64,000 nt of DNA from Octopus sinensis (GCF_006345805.1 NC_042997.1:15934001-15998000); one strand, 5' to 3'; shown: positions 14,038 through 28,123, counted from the stretch's first letter. A program made the numbers and translations. Notes: generated by a model not told the origin, from the letters alone.

Positions 14038-14948
14038 GGATCTCGATCACAGATTTTTTTATTATTATTTTTTAACTAAACAGTTTGAAACGTGGAATAC
14101 TGGTAGAATTTCTCACGTAGAACATGGTTCACTCTAAATGTTTTTGACAAAGTTTTGTATTTTAGAAGTTATTTCGTGTTAAAGCTGTCGTATTTGGGTA
14201 ATTTCAACCAATCAACTACGTGTATTGGGTTGAAGAAAGCCACTGCTGTTTGCGATAGTAATCGAAGAGGAACAGCTTCCGGGTCATCTCTACTAAATTT
14301 CAACACTCTGTTCTATTCGTATGGCGAGCGAAGGCAATGCCACCTTTATCCTTTCTTCCTTTCTAGTCATCACCGTGCATTCCTTACTCTTTCCCTCCCT
14401 TCTACACAGTCAATTAGCCAGCAGCGAGCGAACTTGTCACTGCTACTACAACTACCGTATTTTCCTGTGTGTAAGCCGCTATTTGTTTTGTTTTACCTTC
14501 ATATTTTGATAATGCTATTTTATTTATCTTATAAAGACTTTTATATTGATGAAATGTGTTGTTGATTATAGTAAGATAAAATCACGACAAGAACAATACA
14601 TTTCATAGTTGTAAAATAAGGCATTTTGAAACTACATATACGTCAACAACACAAAGAGCTAGCTGCGGGTCGTGGTGACATTTAGTAGAGATGACCCGGA
14701 AGTTGATCCTCTTCGATTACTATCGCAAACAGCAGTAGCTTTCTCCAGCCGAATACACATCGTTGATTGGTTGAAATTACCCAAACAGGCAACTTTAACA
14801 TGAAATAATTTCTAAAATACGAAACTTTGTCAAACACGTTCACAGTAAACCGTGTTCTACGTGAGAAATTCTACTATTATTCGAAGTTTCGAACTGTTTA
14901 ATTAAAAGAAATTAATTAAAAAATCTGTGATTGAGATGGAATAGATCC
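14038..14948. mobile_element. MITE with ~265-bp imperfect inverted arms
   Basis: 14040-14306 is the reverse complement of 14672-14936; GGATC...GATCC ends. Confidence 0.85.
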
Positions 14949-15079
14949 CACATCGTCAAACAATATATCACTGGTTGACGCGAAATTGATGGTGCCATTC
15001 TGATCAGTTATGTCTCGTAACCAATAATATAATTACTTCGCTATATAAAACTGTACCCGCTCTACTACTTGTGAGAGTA

Positions 15080-15122
<43 letters not shown>

Positions 15123-17345
15123 TGATAGGAGAAACTTTTGATTGTTTCGGTTGTGATCATACTGTCTTGTGTTCAGGCAAATTGTAACTAGAATTACATT
15201 ATACATGTTCTTCTTGTTTTATATATTGTGATTTGAGAGAGATTAAGCAGGTATTTCTAGAAGGTCGAGCATCTGGATCGAGATTTTTTCATTGGTTCGT
15301 TGGAAGTATACAGTTGTTGTTGTTGTTGTTTTCTCTCATTCAGTCAGAAAGGAAAATAGTATCCATGATTTTTGTTTAAAGGTTTTCGAGACTGCTGGGT
15401 GGAGAGGAAGATATCCTAAAATCAGAGACCTGATGCAAATGCTTGCAACTAAGTAGACACCGCTAAAAACACCCGAAGTGTCTGGTGGTAATATTAAATC
15501 AGATAACAGATTAAATCTATCACTCAGGTAGGCCACGGCCGGATTTGAACACAGAAACGCAAAGAGCTGGAACGGGGCAGCACAATGTAACTGGTACAAT
15601 GTTTTTTACAGTTGCACCAACCCCCAATTCTGGATTGGTACTTTTTTATAGATACCAAAAGGATAAAAACAAAGCTGACCTCTGTAACATTTGATCTAAG
15701 AGCGCAGAGTCGGAATAGATCCTGCGACGCATTTATCTTCTCCTCTAAGGACTCTACCAGTACGCCGCCTTTCTGGAAAAATTATGCTGATGGTTAGAAT
15801 CCTATAAACCATTGCACAATTGGAGCCTTACTGAAACCTTGTGTCTCCCACAACAGGTTGTGTGGTATGCTTCATACTATTCTTTTCTACGACTCTAATC
15901 AGTGAGGATGTACTGCTTCTGATAAAGTGGTACATTTCAGAAGCCTTCACGGATATCTACTAATTAGATGCGTTTTAAAATTTGCAGCAAAACTGTCGTT
16001 GATTATTTCTTTTTAATGTAACCACACTCGCTCGTATAAAATGGATCAAGCCGATTCCACAAACCCCTTTTCGAACTCTTTTTGAAGTAATTTCACATCA
16101 TTAACACCGCTAATGACGGAGAGGAGGAGGAACACGAAAAACCCCATTTTCCAATAAGCCACTTCACATAAAAGAGACCTCCATGGTTTAATAAAGGCCT
16201 TTACGTTTTATGCTTTAAAACCAATATAACTACATTCACGTTTATTTTTTCACTGACGATTTCGATTTCATATAATGCATCTAGTGCAAGTCAGCTCTAT
16301 AGAACCCAGTCCTTTATCAAGTATTGAAAACTAATGAAACTGTTTCATTTACAATTTTACGCTTCTGCGTACACCAGAGTTGTTCTTATGCTGTGGTTCT
16401 TTGATACATCACCATTAACAATCATTTGGGTGCTGTGATGTTTTTTTTTTTAACCATGGACAGTGCAGTGTTAAATATTGAAAACTGCTGACATCTCGAC
16501 TTGTCTAATATCTCGCCGAGATAGCCATACGCTTTCTCCTATTTTTATAACACAGCTCTTCTAACCCAAAGAACATTTCAAACAACTTATAACGTGCAGT
16601 AATAATGCAAAAAGTCTTTCTGGACGCTGCTACATAATTCGATTTAAGGCAAATATAACAAATATTGATTAGCTGTCGGAATAATTAACGAGCTTGAAAG
16701 TTCAATACGGTATAGATTGTTCGATTTTGACAAATAAAATGCCACGCTACAAATACATATTTTCTGTATGTGACTCGAAGGTGTAAAATAGTCGCTGTTT
16801 TATTCTTTGTTTTTATGCCTTTCATTATCTAGTATTTCTTATATCGATTCATTATAAACTCTGGGAGTTGTTAGAGCAGTAGAGTTGTGTTGTTCTCCTG
16901 GTAAACTGAGCAATTTCACTGCCCTTAAGCATTATACTTCTGATTTATGGTTGTATTCAATATAGTGGCATGGAAACTGAATTTCTCCTGTGGCTTTGAC
17001 ATGTATTTTACAGTTATTCAATGAAATTCCGTTATCGACTTTCCGTTGCAATTTGTTTATATGGTCATTCATTCTCGGGGAAGTATATTTCTACTTAGAG
17101 GTATTGATGAGGCTTGACCGCAGTGAATTACAATTAAATAAACAGGTAGCAATCGCTTTTAATAAAAACACTTTTCCCTCTGAAGCTATTATCGATGGAT
17201 TTTATTTTAGAAACTCATATTTTTTTTAAAAACTGTCCCCTATTTCTCAAAGACATTGTTACATCTGATCCTTTTGGATTGAACTTTTTAAGTGACTTGT
17301 CTTTTCCCAGTGAATTCCTCGAGAATGAGCCCTCTTATACACAAC

Positions 17346-17385
<40 letters not shown>

Positions 17386-18614
17386 CAAACACACACACGC
17401 ACACACATACACAACAAAAACACACACACACAGGTAATCGTTCCGTAAGTCAGGGATGACATTGAAATAAACATGCGAGAAGCCTTTGAAGACAGAAAAC
17501 AGAAGACAGTGATAAGGATGAATAACACGACAGAAGTGAATTGAGCTCCAAACAGAGAATACGATTGGTTAAAATTCGAAGAATTAAACTACGTAAAAGT
17601 TACAAAATACATTTTTCTCAAAAAAACTAATTGAAATTAATGTTTTCTTTTGACACATTCGACCAGTATACGAAGTTTCAAATTATTTAGTTAAGTAGAA
17701 AATTCCGTCCATTTTTTAGAAAAGATCCTTTTTATATTCTTTTCTCTTTTCTGTGCATATTTTTTGGTATGTATAATTGTAAGAAAAAGTCTTTTGCCAT
17801 TTAAGTAACTAGTAAAATGTATACATTTTTCAGTTTGAAAGCGGCTATTTGAAGCTCGAAACTCATATCAGAGTAACCCACTATAAACACTGTTATTAAG
17901 ATTAAAATAAAAATAATCCCCTCAAAAGTACCATCTCTACTCCATTTTTGAAATATATATAATACTGAAGCAGCAGGCAATGAAGCTGTCACCAGAAAAC
18001 TCGTCACCGGAAAACTCGTTATACTAAAAATACCAGCTAAAGATCTAAACGTCTCTAACAGAAAGACGTTGAATAGAATAATTCCCCGTTTGAACTTTTT
18101 TAATTATATATATATATATATGTGTGTGCGGACTAAAAATCTGCGGATGCACAAACGCACAAAACGGAGAAAATGAAACAAATATGGACGACTTGTTCCC
18201 AAACACCCCCGAGTGGTGAACCGTCCTCAAAAGTAAACAGCCCCCCCCCCCCCTCATTGTTTTCCCCCAAAATTCCTATGTTCTCGGAATGTACATAGTC
18301 CGAAGTATATTTGTAGAAAATTTCATTAAAAAAATATCTATTTTCTTGAAAGTTAAAACGAATTGAAGTGGACGCCGGTGAATTTTCCGAAATTCCTCAC
18401 CCCACCCCTCCTAAAACACTTTCCTCCAAAAGTTTTGTATATTCGGAATCTACATGGTATAACACATATTCATAGAAAATTTCATTAAAAAAATATCCAT
18501 TTTTCTGAAAGTTATGATCATCCAAAGTCGGTGGGGGATTGGGCTGGAATCTGTAGTTATGCCTAATTAACAAACAAATATATTGACTACTCAGCAACAA
18601 AAATATAAACAAAT

Positions 18615-18992
18615 GGCTGTGTGATAAGTAGCTTGCTAACCAACCACATGGTTCCGGGTTCAGTCCCACTGCGTGGCATCTTGGGCAAGTGTCTTCTGCT
18701 ATAGCCCCGGGCTGACCAATGCCTTGTGAGTGGATTTGGTAGACGGAAACTGAAAGAAGCCTGTCGTATATCATTTACTCATTTACTTGTTTCAGTCATT
18801 TACTGCGGCCATGCTGGAGCACCGCCTTTAGTCGAGCAAATCGACCCCGGGACTTATTCTTTGTAAGCCCAGTACTTATTCTATCGGTCTCTTTTGCCGA
18901 ACCGCTAAGTGACGGGGACGTAAACACACCAGCATCGGTTGTCAAGCAATGCTAGGGGGAAAAACACAGACACACAAACATATACACACACA
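18615..18992. mobile_element. SINE family A: 5' half forward joined to inverted 3' half
   Basis: 18615-18771 plus strand, ~18773-18992 minus strand. Confidence 0.8.
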
Positions 18993-18996
18993 ATTA

Positions 18997-19407
18997 TAGG
19001 AGTGGCTGTGTGGTAAGTAGCTTGCTAACCAACCACATGGTTCCGGGTTCAGTCCCACTGCGTGGCATCTTGGGCAAGTGTCTTCTGCTATAGCCCCGGG
19101 CTGACCAATGCCTTATGAGTGGATTTGGTAGACGGAAACTGAAAGAAGCCTGTCGTATATATGTATATATATATAAGTGCGTGTGTATATGTTTGTGTGT
19201 CTGTGTTTGTCCCCCTAGCATTGCTTGACAACCGATGCTGGTGTGTCTACGTCCCCGTAACTTAGCGGTTCGGCAAAAGAGACCGATAGAATAAGTACTA
19301 GGCTTACAAAGAATAAGTCCCGGGGTCGATTTGTCGACTAAAGGCGGTGCTCCAGCATGGCCGCAGTCAAATGACTGAAAGAAGTAAAAGAGTAAAGAGT
19401 AAAGAGA
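18997..19407 (+). mobile_element. SINE family A full length
   Basis: A box TGGCTGTGTGG, B box GGTTCAGTCC, internal microsatellite, tail. Confidence 0.92.
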
Positions 19408-19629
19408 GTCTGAGTATGAAATAGACCTTCTAATAAATTCATGGTACTATTTTTCCCCAGATGGAGAACATAGACACATTGTGCTGGAACCTACCTAATA
19501 GCCGAACGTAGAGTTCTTAAGAAATCGCTCCGTGAAGTAGATTCAAAACTAAAACAAATTGAAGCGGCATTTAGATTAATTAACAGACATTTTGAAAAAC
19601 TCCAACGTGTTTTCTCTTCAAATACTGTT

Positions 19630-22400
19630 CAACAGCAACAACGATACACCACCACAGCAACAACAACAACAACAACCATAACATCAACGACAACCACCAC
19701 CACCACCACCACGGCAACAATAACAACGACAACCACTACAACAGCAACAACAACCACCGCAGCAACAACAGCAATCACCACAGCAACAACAACCACCGCA
19801 GCAACAACAACAACCATAACATCAATGACAATCACCACAGCAACAACAACAACCATAACATCAACGACAATCACCACAGCAACAACTACCACCGCAGCAG
19901 CAACAACAACCATAACATCAACGGCAACCACCACCACAGTAACAACAACAACAACAACAACCATTACAGTAACAACAACAACCACCGCAGCAACAACAAC
20001 AACAACGACAACCACCACAGCAACAACAACTGATTCAGCCTCAACCTCCAACAGCCCTTAATTCAACCACAATTGATGACCTACTTAATGAAGCGGTCAA
20101 CTTCTCAGATTCCAGCTGTTCACAGCCCATCAACAACCAGAGTTTATTACCCACCCATCAACAACAGCAACAAATACAACAAGACGACAATTACAGCTAC
20201 AACAACCACCACCACAAAAACAGCAACAGACACAGCTTCAACCTACTACTACTATTCCAATTTATGATCAACCAACTAAATGCTTACTTGATGACTCCTT
20301 AATGAATTTGCCAAAACATAATTGTACACAAATTAAAATCTATGCCACTCACAACCTACGCACGACCCCCCACCCCCACCCAAAATATGCCGTTATTCAC
20401 TGCGCATGAGGTTGTGCACTGACACTGATTGCAAATTCACTCATTTACCAGGAACTGGACGCTCAATTCCTACTCACAACTGCAGCCAATACAAAAGTGC
20501 ACATCCTAAAGCAACGGCACCACCACCACCACCACCATCACCACCACCACCACCACCACCACCACCACCACCGCATTCACCAAATACTAAACCAAACTTT
20601 ATTCTCTTGAAAAACGCCGCCGCCGTGGTGATCTCATTCTCGCTCACAACATCATAAGCGGAAAGTGTAACCTCTCGAAAGAGCTGTTCTTCACTCCTGC
20701 TCCAGAGCGTCGGCTGCGGGGTCATTCCGAAAAGCTCTACCTGCGACGATTTCATCTCAATCGAAGGAGAGGAGCTTTCTCCGTCCGGGTTGTGGATCCG
20801 TGGAACAAGCTGCCAGACGAGATGGTGAAGATGCCGACGACCGCTTTGTTCAAAGTCTCCCTTGACCTCAAGTGGCCTGAACTCTTTACATGAACACCAC
20901 CCTGTACTTAACTCCATGTCCCCCTACATGGCCTTGCTATTTGCTTTTGAGCCAAAAATTAACTAACTAACAAACTAACTAAAAATAAAAATCACGTAAC
21001 ATGGAACCCTAAAACCTGCCGCTATTCTCAGCGTAATGGATTGATTGTATCTACAGCATGGTTATCCATTTACCCATATCCACCCATACCTAGATACAAC
21101 CCACTCAACAAGAACTCACTACTTGAATGGACCATAAGTAAAACTTGACTTAAACAGGATTTAGATAATCCTATCAGGTGGTGCTATTAAGTTAGACTTG
21201 GCCTGGACCAATCTTTGGTCGAAACATATCTAAGTTTTATCCCGGGGTCTCGTCGCACAAATGAAAATATTAACGGGACCCCTAATCAATACAAAACCCA
21301 CAACCACAAACATTTTCAGTTCCCTAAACTTTTTTTATCCATAATGAATCTGGCAAAAGTGCTACATAAGAACATTCTAACTATCACACGATGGCACCCT
21401 CCGCCAAAACCCTGTTGCACAAATTCCCATTGCTGCCATTAACAAGCAAATCCCCCAAACTGTCAAAATCAGCCACCACTATCGCTTCAACATTTTTGCT
21501 CAATGTACAAGGCATCAGTCCTTCCACCAATGCCTCAAAATGGAAGATCCAATTTATTGAGGATTGAGTTAATGACCAGCCACACCATATCCCATTCTTC
21601 GTCCTCAGAGAGACCTATTTCAATAGAGAGTGAAGAATTTTAAAATTATCCGAGCAGATCATGTTGGCAGAAGAAAGGGTGGGATCGCCATTTTCGTGCA
21701 CGATTCTCTTTCGGCTGAAGCAATGGAGTATTACCAATGGCTACCTTGAAGCAGCTTCTGTGTACAATAAAACCAACAATTTAATAATAGTTAGGCTCTA
21801 TAGGCCACCCTAACTCCTCTACTACGCTTCAAGGTATGTCTCAACAGTGTTAAGTGTTTCGTCCCTCAGTGTCATGTCGACAACATATTAATGGGGGAAT
21901 TCAACCTTCCCAGTGTTGATTGGTCCACAAACAGCTTGAAACCAGGTTTTACCACCTCAACCCCCTGATAAGGAATCAATAGAAGTGCTGTTTGATTTCA
22001 TGGATGAGTTTTTTTCTGATCCAACTTGTTCTCGAACCAACAAGGTGTCATAAAAACACCGAATGTTCAGTAACCACAACTGACACTATTCACAACAGTG
22101 CAGTGGGAAAAACACCACTACTCTCAGACCATGACATGGTTCTCTGTGATCTGAGATTCTACCATCCAAAGAGCAGACCCAATGACATCTCTCCAACCCA
22201 TCCATTTGACACTATGGATTTTAATAATGCAGACAGGGATGTGATCAATCATGATCTTTCACAACTTGACTGGGCCTTCACACACGCACACCCTCCCATT
22301 AACATAAACATATCATGGCAGACATTTATAGAAACTGTAACAAATATATGCGCAAAACACAGCCCATTAAGATCAGTAAACAGATATCTAAGTCCAGAAT
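19630..22400 (+). mobile_element. Old CR1/L2-clade LINE 5' part (low-complexity ORF1, CCCH finger, AP endonuclease), decayed
   Basis: CRYSLRMRLCTDTDCKFTH at ~20388-20444; APE motifs over 21495-22145: LLNVQGI, RADHVGRRKGGIAIFVHD, LYRPP, ILMGEFNLPSVDW, QLVLEPTR, SDHDMV; stops and frameshifts. Confidence 0.75.
20601..20982 (+). mobile_element. CR1 LINE 3' end (ORF2 C-terminus, 3'UTR, (AACT)n tail)
   Basis: SLEKRRRRGDLI..RLRGHSEKL..FSVRVVDPWNKLP..FKVSLD, stop at 20891-20893. Confidence 0.9.
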
Positions 22401-23807
22401 CCCTGGAAATAGTAGAGCAAGTATCAGAAAAAAAAATTGTATTACTCTACCTTAGGTATTCGAGCACTATTTTTTCTACTTTGTTTTGCCGTATGTGCTT
22501 ACTTGTGTATGTGTATATATGTATAACAACAGATTTATTCAGCCTCACAAGTTTCATAGACAGGTGGTGGTTGCATGAATGAGGAAGGAACATTAACCGC
22601 ATTTATCTGTCTGGTCTCTGGTCTTTGAGATCTTACGAAAGCCATGGCAGAACTCCTTCTCCTAGGCCAAACCAATAAAAAAAATATATAAAAAATATGA
22701 ATGTTAAAAAACATAGTAACGCGTAATGGAACGAAATAATATTAAAAGCGTAAACAATAAAAAGCGAAAAGGATAATTAAAGAATGGACATTTAGGTGAA
22801 AGGGTGTTGAACCGGGGTGGAAAGGTGTCTCTTATAAATGAGTGTGCTGAGTAGGACGATGGTGAAATCCAGAAACAATGAGAAAGATAGTGAGATAGTA
22901 AGAGAGAAATATGGGAGGATGAATGAAGGAGAGAAAGGTTACGAGAGAAAGGGAGTAAGGAAGACAGATGTGAAGAGAAAGAGAGGGGGAGGCAAATGGT
23001 GAAGAACAGGAGAAATAAAGACGGTGAGATAGATATAGAGAGAGGCTATGAATAACAAGAGAGAATGAGACATAGAGTCCTGTGTGTATGAGAGAGAAAG
23101 AGAGAGAGACGGGGAGGGAGAGAGAGAGAGAGAAAGAGAAAGAAAGACAGAGAGAGAAATAGAGAGGTTCAAAAAACAAGGCGGTGCTCCAGCATGGCCA
23201 CAGTTAAATGACTGAAACAAGTAAAAGAGAGTAAAAGAGAGTTCGTGAGAGAGTCAGAAAGAAAGAGAAAATGTGAGAAATATAGAAAAAAGCAGCAGAG
23301 AAAGAGAAAGCGATAGAGAAAAACTAAATGAATAAGAAAAAATAGTGAAAGAAAGGAAGAGGAAACATAAAGGGTGAGTAAAAAAGAAACAAAGAGAAAG
23401 GGGGAAAGAAAGAAAGAGGGGGAGGGAGAGAATAAGGGAGAGAAGGAGAGACTGAGTTAGAGAAATTGGGAGTTGGTTAGTAGAGAAAAAGTGACAGTGG
23501 GAGGAGGACAAAGGGATGACCTAATTCTTGACGACTTGATAAAGCTGAGGAAATGTGAGGGCATGAAGGAGGTTAGGTGTTGTTGTTGTTGTTGTTGCTG
23601 CTGCTGCTGCTGCCACTGCTGATAAAGGAGACCTAGCTTTTGTCATTGATATTCTCGTTTTCTCTACCAGGAAGGTTAGTCCTGATTAAGCAGCAGACGC
23701 GTGATCAAAACCGTTCCAGCCTTGACCATCATTTTGCTATGTTTGAAGGACTACATTGTTCAGTGTATCCTTTCTTGAAAAAAAAAAAAAAAAGACAATA
23801 AAGAGTG

Positions 23808-24190
23808 AGTGGCTGTGTGGTAAGTAGCTTGCTAACCAACCACATGGTTCCGGGTTCAGTCCCACTGCGTGGCATCTTGGGCAAGTGTCTTCTGCTATAG
23901 CCCCGGACCGACCAATGCCTTGTGAGTGGATTTGGTAGACGGAAACTGAAAGAAGCCTGTCGTATATATGTATATATATGTATATGTGTCTGGTGTGTGT
24001 TTGTGTGATGCTGGTGTGTTTACGTCCCTGCCACTTAGCAGTTCGGCAAAAAGAGACCGATAGAATAAGTACTGGGCTTACAAAAAGAATAAGTCCCGGG
24101 GTCGAGTTGCTCGACTAAAGGTGCTGCATGGCCGCAGTCAAATGACTGAAACAAGTAAAAGAGAAAAGAAAAGAGAGAGAGAGAGAGTGA
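23808..24190 (+). mobile_element. SINE family A
   Basis: Matches the 18997 copy. Confidence 0.9.
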
Positions 24191-24412
24191 TTTTAGGGAA
24201 ATTTAGCTTGCTATTTCTTCTGGCAGGTCGAGTATAGTCCTCTTCGTTGGGTTGTCGTCATCGATGGTGCAACTAGCGCTGCTGCTGCTGCTGCTGCTGT
24301 TTTTGGGGAATGTTGTTGTCATTGTTTAGCTTCAGATTAGTCCTGATTAAAAAGACATGACCAAAAACGTTTCAATTTTGACCACTCGTTCTTTTTGATA
24401 TCTTGTTTTCTT

Positions 24413-24826
24413 GGACCTTTTCGGTTTGAACGGCAGTTTTTAAAAATAATTTCCACGTAACTAAACACTTTTAAACTTCGTATACTGGTAGAATGTGTCA
24501 CATAAAACATCTTTTTCTCTTGGCTTTATTGAGAAAATTCTATAGCTTGTAAGATATTTGTTGTTTTTTTTTCTTCAATTTCTGCAATTTCAACCAATCA
24601 ATGACGTCTATTGAGCTGAAAACATTCTGTGTCGTATGAATATGTCCCTCGTTTAAGAAACAGATTGGGTTTATTTACATTTCTGAAGAAAAAAAAGATA
24701 CCCTTCCCCCAACCCCTAACCCTAAAACAGATTGAAATGCAATAGATCGATACTAGGGTCATAATTATGGGTGACAATTTCATATGACACCGCTAGAAAA
24801 AACTGCCGTTCAAACCGAAAAGATCC
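24413..24826. mobile_element. MITE with 28-bp TIRs, related to the 14-kb element
   Basis: ggaccttttcggtttgaacggcagtttt / aaaactgccgttcaaaccgaaaagatcc; shared tactggtagaat and aatttcaaccaatcaa blocks; fragment also at ~17560-17728. Confidence 0.85.
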
Positions 24827-25208
24827 GTTTTCTTTTTCTTTTTTTTTTTGCTTTGCAATATTTCTTTTTTTTTTTTTTCATATGGTGTACCTTGGATTAC
24901 GTTCCTACGCGTATCTTTCCTTCTCGTTGTTATTGTTGCTGTTGTTGTTTGATCCAATCCAGTAGACCTATGACTGAAAAGGTTTCGCCTGTGGCCATCT
25001 CATTGTTTTCACACTGCTTATTTGTACTTGTTTTAATCACTGGACTAGGGTCATACTAAAGTACTGCTCTGAAGGGTTTAGTCCAACATATCGAACCCAC
25101 TACATACATTTCTAATGTCTGTTACCTGTTCTATGAGTTTCTTTTGCCGAAACGATAAATTACAGGAACATAAACAAACCAGAACTGGATCCATATGTTC
25201 GGCTAAAC

Positions 25209-25931
25209 CAGAAGTTGACGAACCGGGGTAAATTACCCCAAATGGGGGTAAAAATTAAATTCTTGGGGTAATGCGGACCCATTAGACATAATTAAAATTA
25301 TATTAAAAAATTCGTGTTCCTTGTTACGATAGAAAATTTTCTTCTGGCAACACTGCATCTGTCTAATGTAATGGATATGTTTAGGAGACGTTACGCCATT
25401 TTGAACTACAAACAATTTGGTTGGTAAGGCGTTGTCAACATCATTCCGCCAAAACATGAAGTGAAAAAGTTTCTAGAAAAATCCTTTTACTTCATAATGA
25501 AGATATTAATTTATTTTATCGCATTTCTTTTATACTTTTAATATTTATATATTTCTTTACTACCAATCACAAGGGGACATACAAGGACAGACAAACGGAT
25601 TAAGTCGATTACATCGACCCCAGTGCGTAACTGGTACCTAATTTATCGATCCCAAAAGTATGAAAGGCAAAGTCGACCTTGGCGGAATTTGAACTCAGAA
25701 CGTAACGGCAGACGAAATACGGCTACGCATTTCACCCGGCGTGCTAACGTGTCTGCCAGCTCGCCGCCTTATACTTTTAATATTTATAATTGTATTCTTC
25801 ATGTAAATAAATTCAATAAACCTTTTGAATTCAAAGAATCTATGATTGTCTTCCTTTCACATCAATAGGGTAACGACCGAATAAATAAATATATTTGGGG
25901 GTAATTGGTTGAAAAAGTTCCCCGAACCCTG
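25209..25931. mobile_element. hAT-type MITE with nested SINE
   Basis: CAG...CTG ends, 8-bp TSD ggctaaac/gactaaac; TIRs degenerate. Confidence 0.55.
25550..25770 (-). mobile_element. SINE family B with ~18-bp TSD
   Basis: TSD atacttttaatatttata on both sides. Confidence 0.9.
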
Positions 25932-26334
25932 GACTAAACGCTTCAAGGCGATGTCCCAACATGGCCGCAGTCGAATTAACTGAAACAAGTAAAATAACAA
26001 AACATAAAATATAGCAGTATTTATAAAAATGCTCTGTCGGCTTGATGAACCCAATAACTCTTTGTATTTGCTTTATAGACCACAGCGGGATTTGAATCTC
26101 AACGCTTACTAATCTACCAATATAACCAGGTTAAAAGCAAACACCGATGATTGCCGTACTTGTTATGAAAAGGAAGTGACCATGATACTTTATTTATTTA
26201 TTTATTTGTAATGGAATTTGAGAACAATAGCGCCGATGATTACAGGCTTCCAATAAACTAATCACAGGTTGGTTCTCCGTACTTCTGACAGTGGCAAAAG
26301 CAACAAGAGAACACCATCGCTTTTTCCGTGGGCG

Positions 26335-26376
<42 letters not shown>

Positions 26377-26693
26377 CCATGTGTGTGAAGATCAAACTGA
26401 TCAGATAATAGTGTAGGCGTAAATACAAACTTAACTTTTTTTTATACTAAGCATGAAGTTAACAGTCTGGAAAATTACAATCGGATTGGTTGAGCACATT
26501 CCTCAAATGATTCAGCATCAATATCAACAAATTGCAGAAAAAAGTCTGAATTCCGTGATGTTCTAAACTAGAAGAGGCGAAACTTTTTCGTGTTGGAAGA
26601 CCGCTTTGAAGTAATTGCCATCTGATAAAGCCACACAGAAAAGAATGAATAAATAAAACTTATATAAAAAAATGAAAATTATTTTATCAGATA

Positions 26694-27073
26694 CTAGCAG
26701 TATCGCCCGGCGTTGCTCAGGTTTGTAAGGGAAATAACTATAAAGCATTTTTAGAGAGTTATAGCCAAAAAATAGCAAAAAAATGGAAAGAAAATGATGG
26801 TAAATTTTTTTGAGAGTTAAAAAGGTGGAGTTGCGTCCCCTAGACGGTCTGTGGTTTGGGTTTCTGATTCTCGACCCCATGTCGAATTTATCGATTTTTT
26901 TCAGAACTGGAGGAACTTTTCAAAATTTTCGCTGCGTTAGTTTTGAATTATGACATTGGGCTATGTGTGTGTCAAGTTTCATCAGAATCGGTTGAAAGCC
27001 GTGGTCAGAGTGAGGGTACGAGAAAACAGACACACAGAAAACGCACAGACAAACTGCCGTTTATATAGAGAGA
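26694..27073 (-). mobile_element. Non-autonomous Helitron, body B
   Basis: Near-identical to 10071-10434. Confidence 0.85.
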
Positions 27074-27229
27074 AATCTTTATTCACAAAAAAAACACTAA
27101 AATAATGTAAAAATGCGGAGTTTCGGAATAAGCCCCATGACGGTTAATTTACAAAGGTAGATGAATGAAGGAATAAGCGTTATAAAAATATGCACTCTGC
27201 TGAAAAAACTTTACGAGTCTTTATGTAAA

Positions 27230-27618
27230 TCTCTCTCTATATATATAAAGCTGAAGTTGTCTGTGTATGGCAGGTTTGGTAGCCTTCAACTAACACTATC
27301 TCCTCCGAGACCCTGCGGCGCAAGTTGACCAAAATTGAGATTATGATAGAAGAAGGCTTGCTCTTCCTTCCGTAGAAGAAAAAAATTCAAATCGGACCTT
27401 GTTAACATCAAAAATTATTTACATCAAAAAGGTGCTTTTTTTTTCTATGAAAATCTCTATTTTTTTACTACTGTGTCGCCATTTTTCGGTGTATTTCAAC
27501 CAGAAAAATGTTCGCTTAAAGAGAATAACAAGCTACACAATGCAAAAGTTTTACTTTATAAAAATTCCAATTCTAAAGGGTCGAAACAAACCCGAGCAAC
27601 GCCGGGTGATACTGCTAG
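27230..27618 (+). mobile_element. Non-autonomous Helitron, body C
   Basis: A|TC start, same 3' hairpin and CTAG|T, unrelated body. Confidence 0.8.
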
Positions 27619-27750
27619 TAGAATATATTCCGGTATAATGATTTTCCCCTCAGACCTTGTACTTCATTCAGAAAACTGCATATGACACTCGAAAATCTAC
27701 AGTGAGCTGCAAATAGCATTTCAGAAGGCCCTACTATTGCAGTTCCCTAC

Positions 27751-28123
27751 ATTCTCTTGAAAAACGCCACCGCCGTGGTGATCTCATTCTCGCCCACAAC
27801 ATCATAAGCGGAAAGTGTAACCTCTCGAAAGAGCTGTTCTTCACTCCTGCTCCAGAGCGTCGGCTGCGGGGTCATTCCGAAAAGCTCTACCTGCGACGAT
27901 TTCATCTCAATCGAAGGAGAGGAGCTTTCTCCGTCCGGGTTGCGGATCCGTGGAACAAGCTGCCAGACGAGATGGTGAAGATGCCGACGACCGCTTTGTT
28001 CAAAGCCTCCCTGGACCTCAAGTGGCCTGAACTCTTTACATGAACACCACCCTGTACTTAACTCCATGTCCCCCTACATGGCCTTGCTATTTGCTTTTGA
28101 GCCAAATTAACTAACTAACTAAC
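27751..28123 (+). mobile_element. CR1 LINE 3' end, second copy
   Basis: Near-identical to 20601-20982, same 5' start. Confidence 0.9.

Noticed and set aside
13396-14050. Poly-N, poly-L and poly-I ORFs
   Set aside because: Trinucleotide microsatellite read in several frames
15800-16900. Possible transposase remnant
   Set aside because: Only a short NFKTHL-like match on the minus strand, with many stops
20474-20917. Minus-strand ORFs here and at 27747-28067
   Set aside because: Antisense shadows of the CR1 ORF2 fragment
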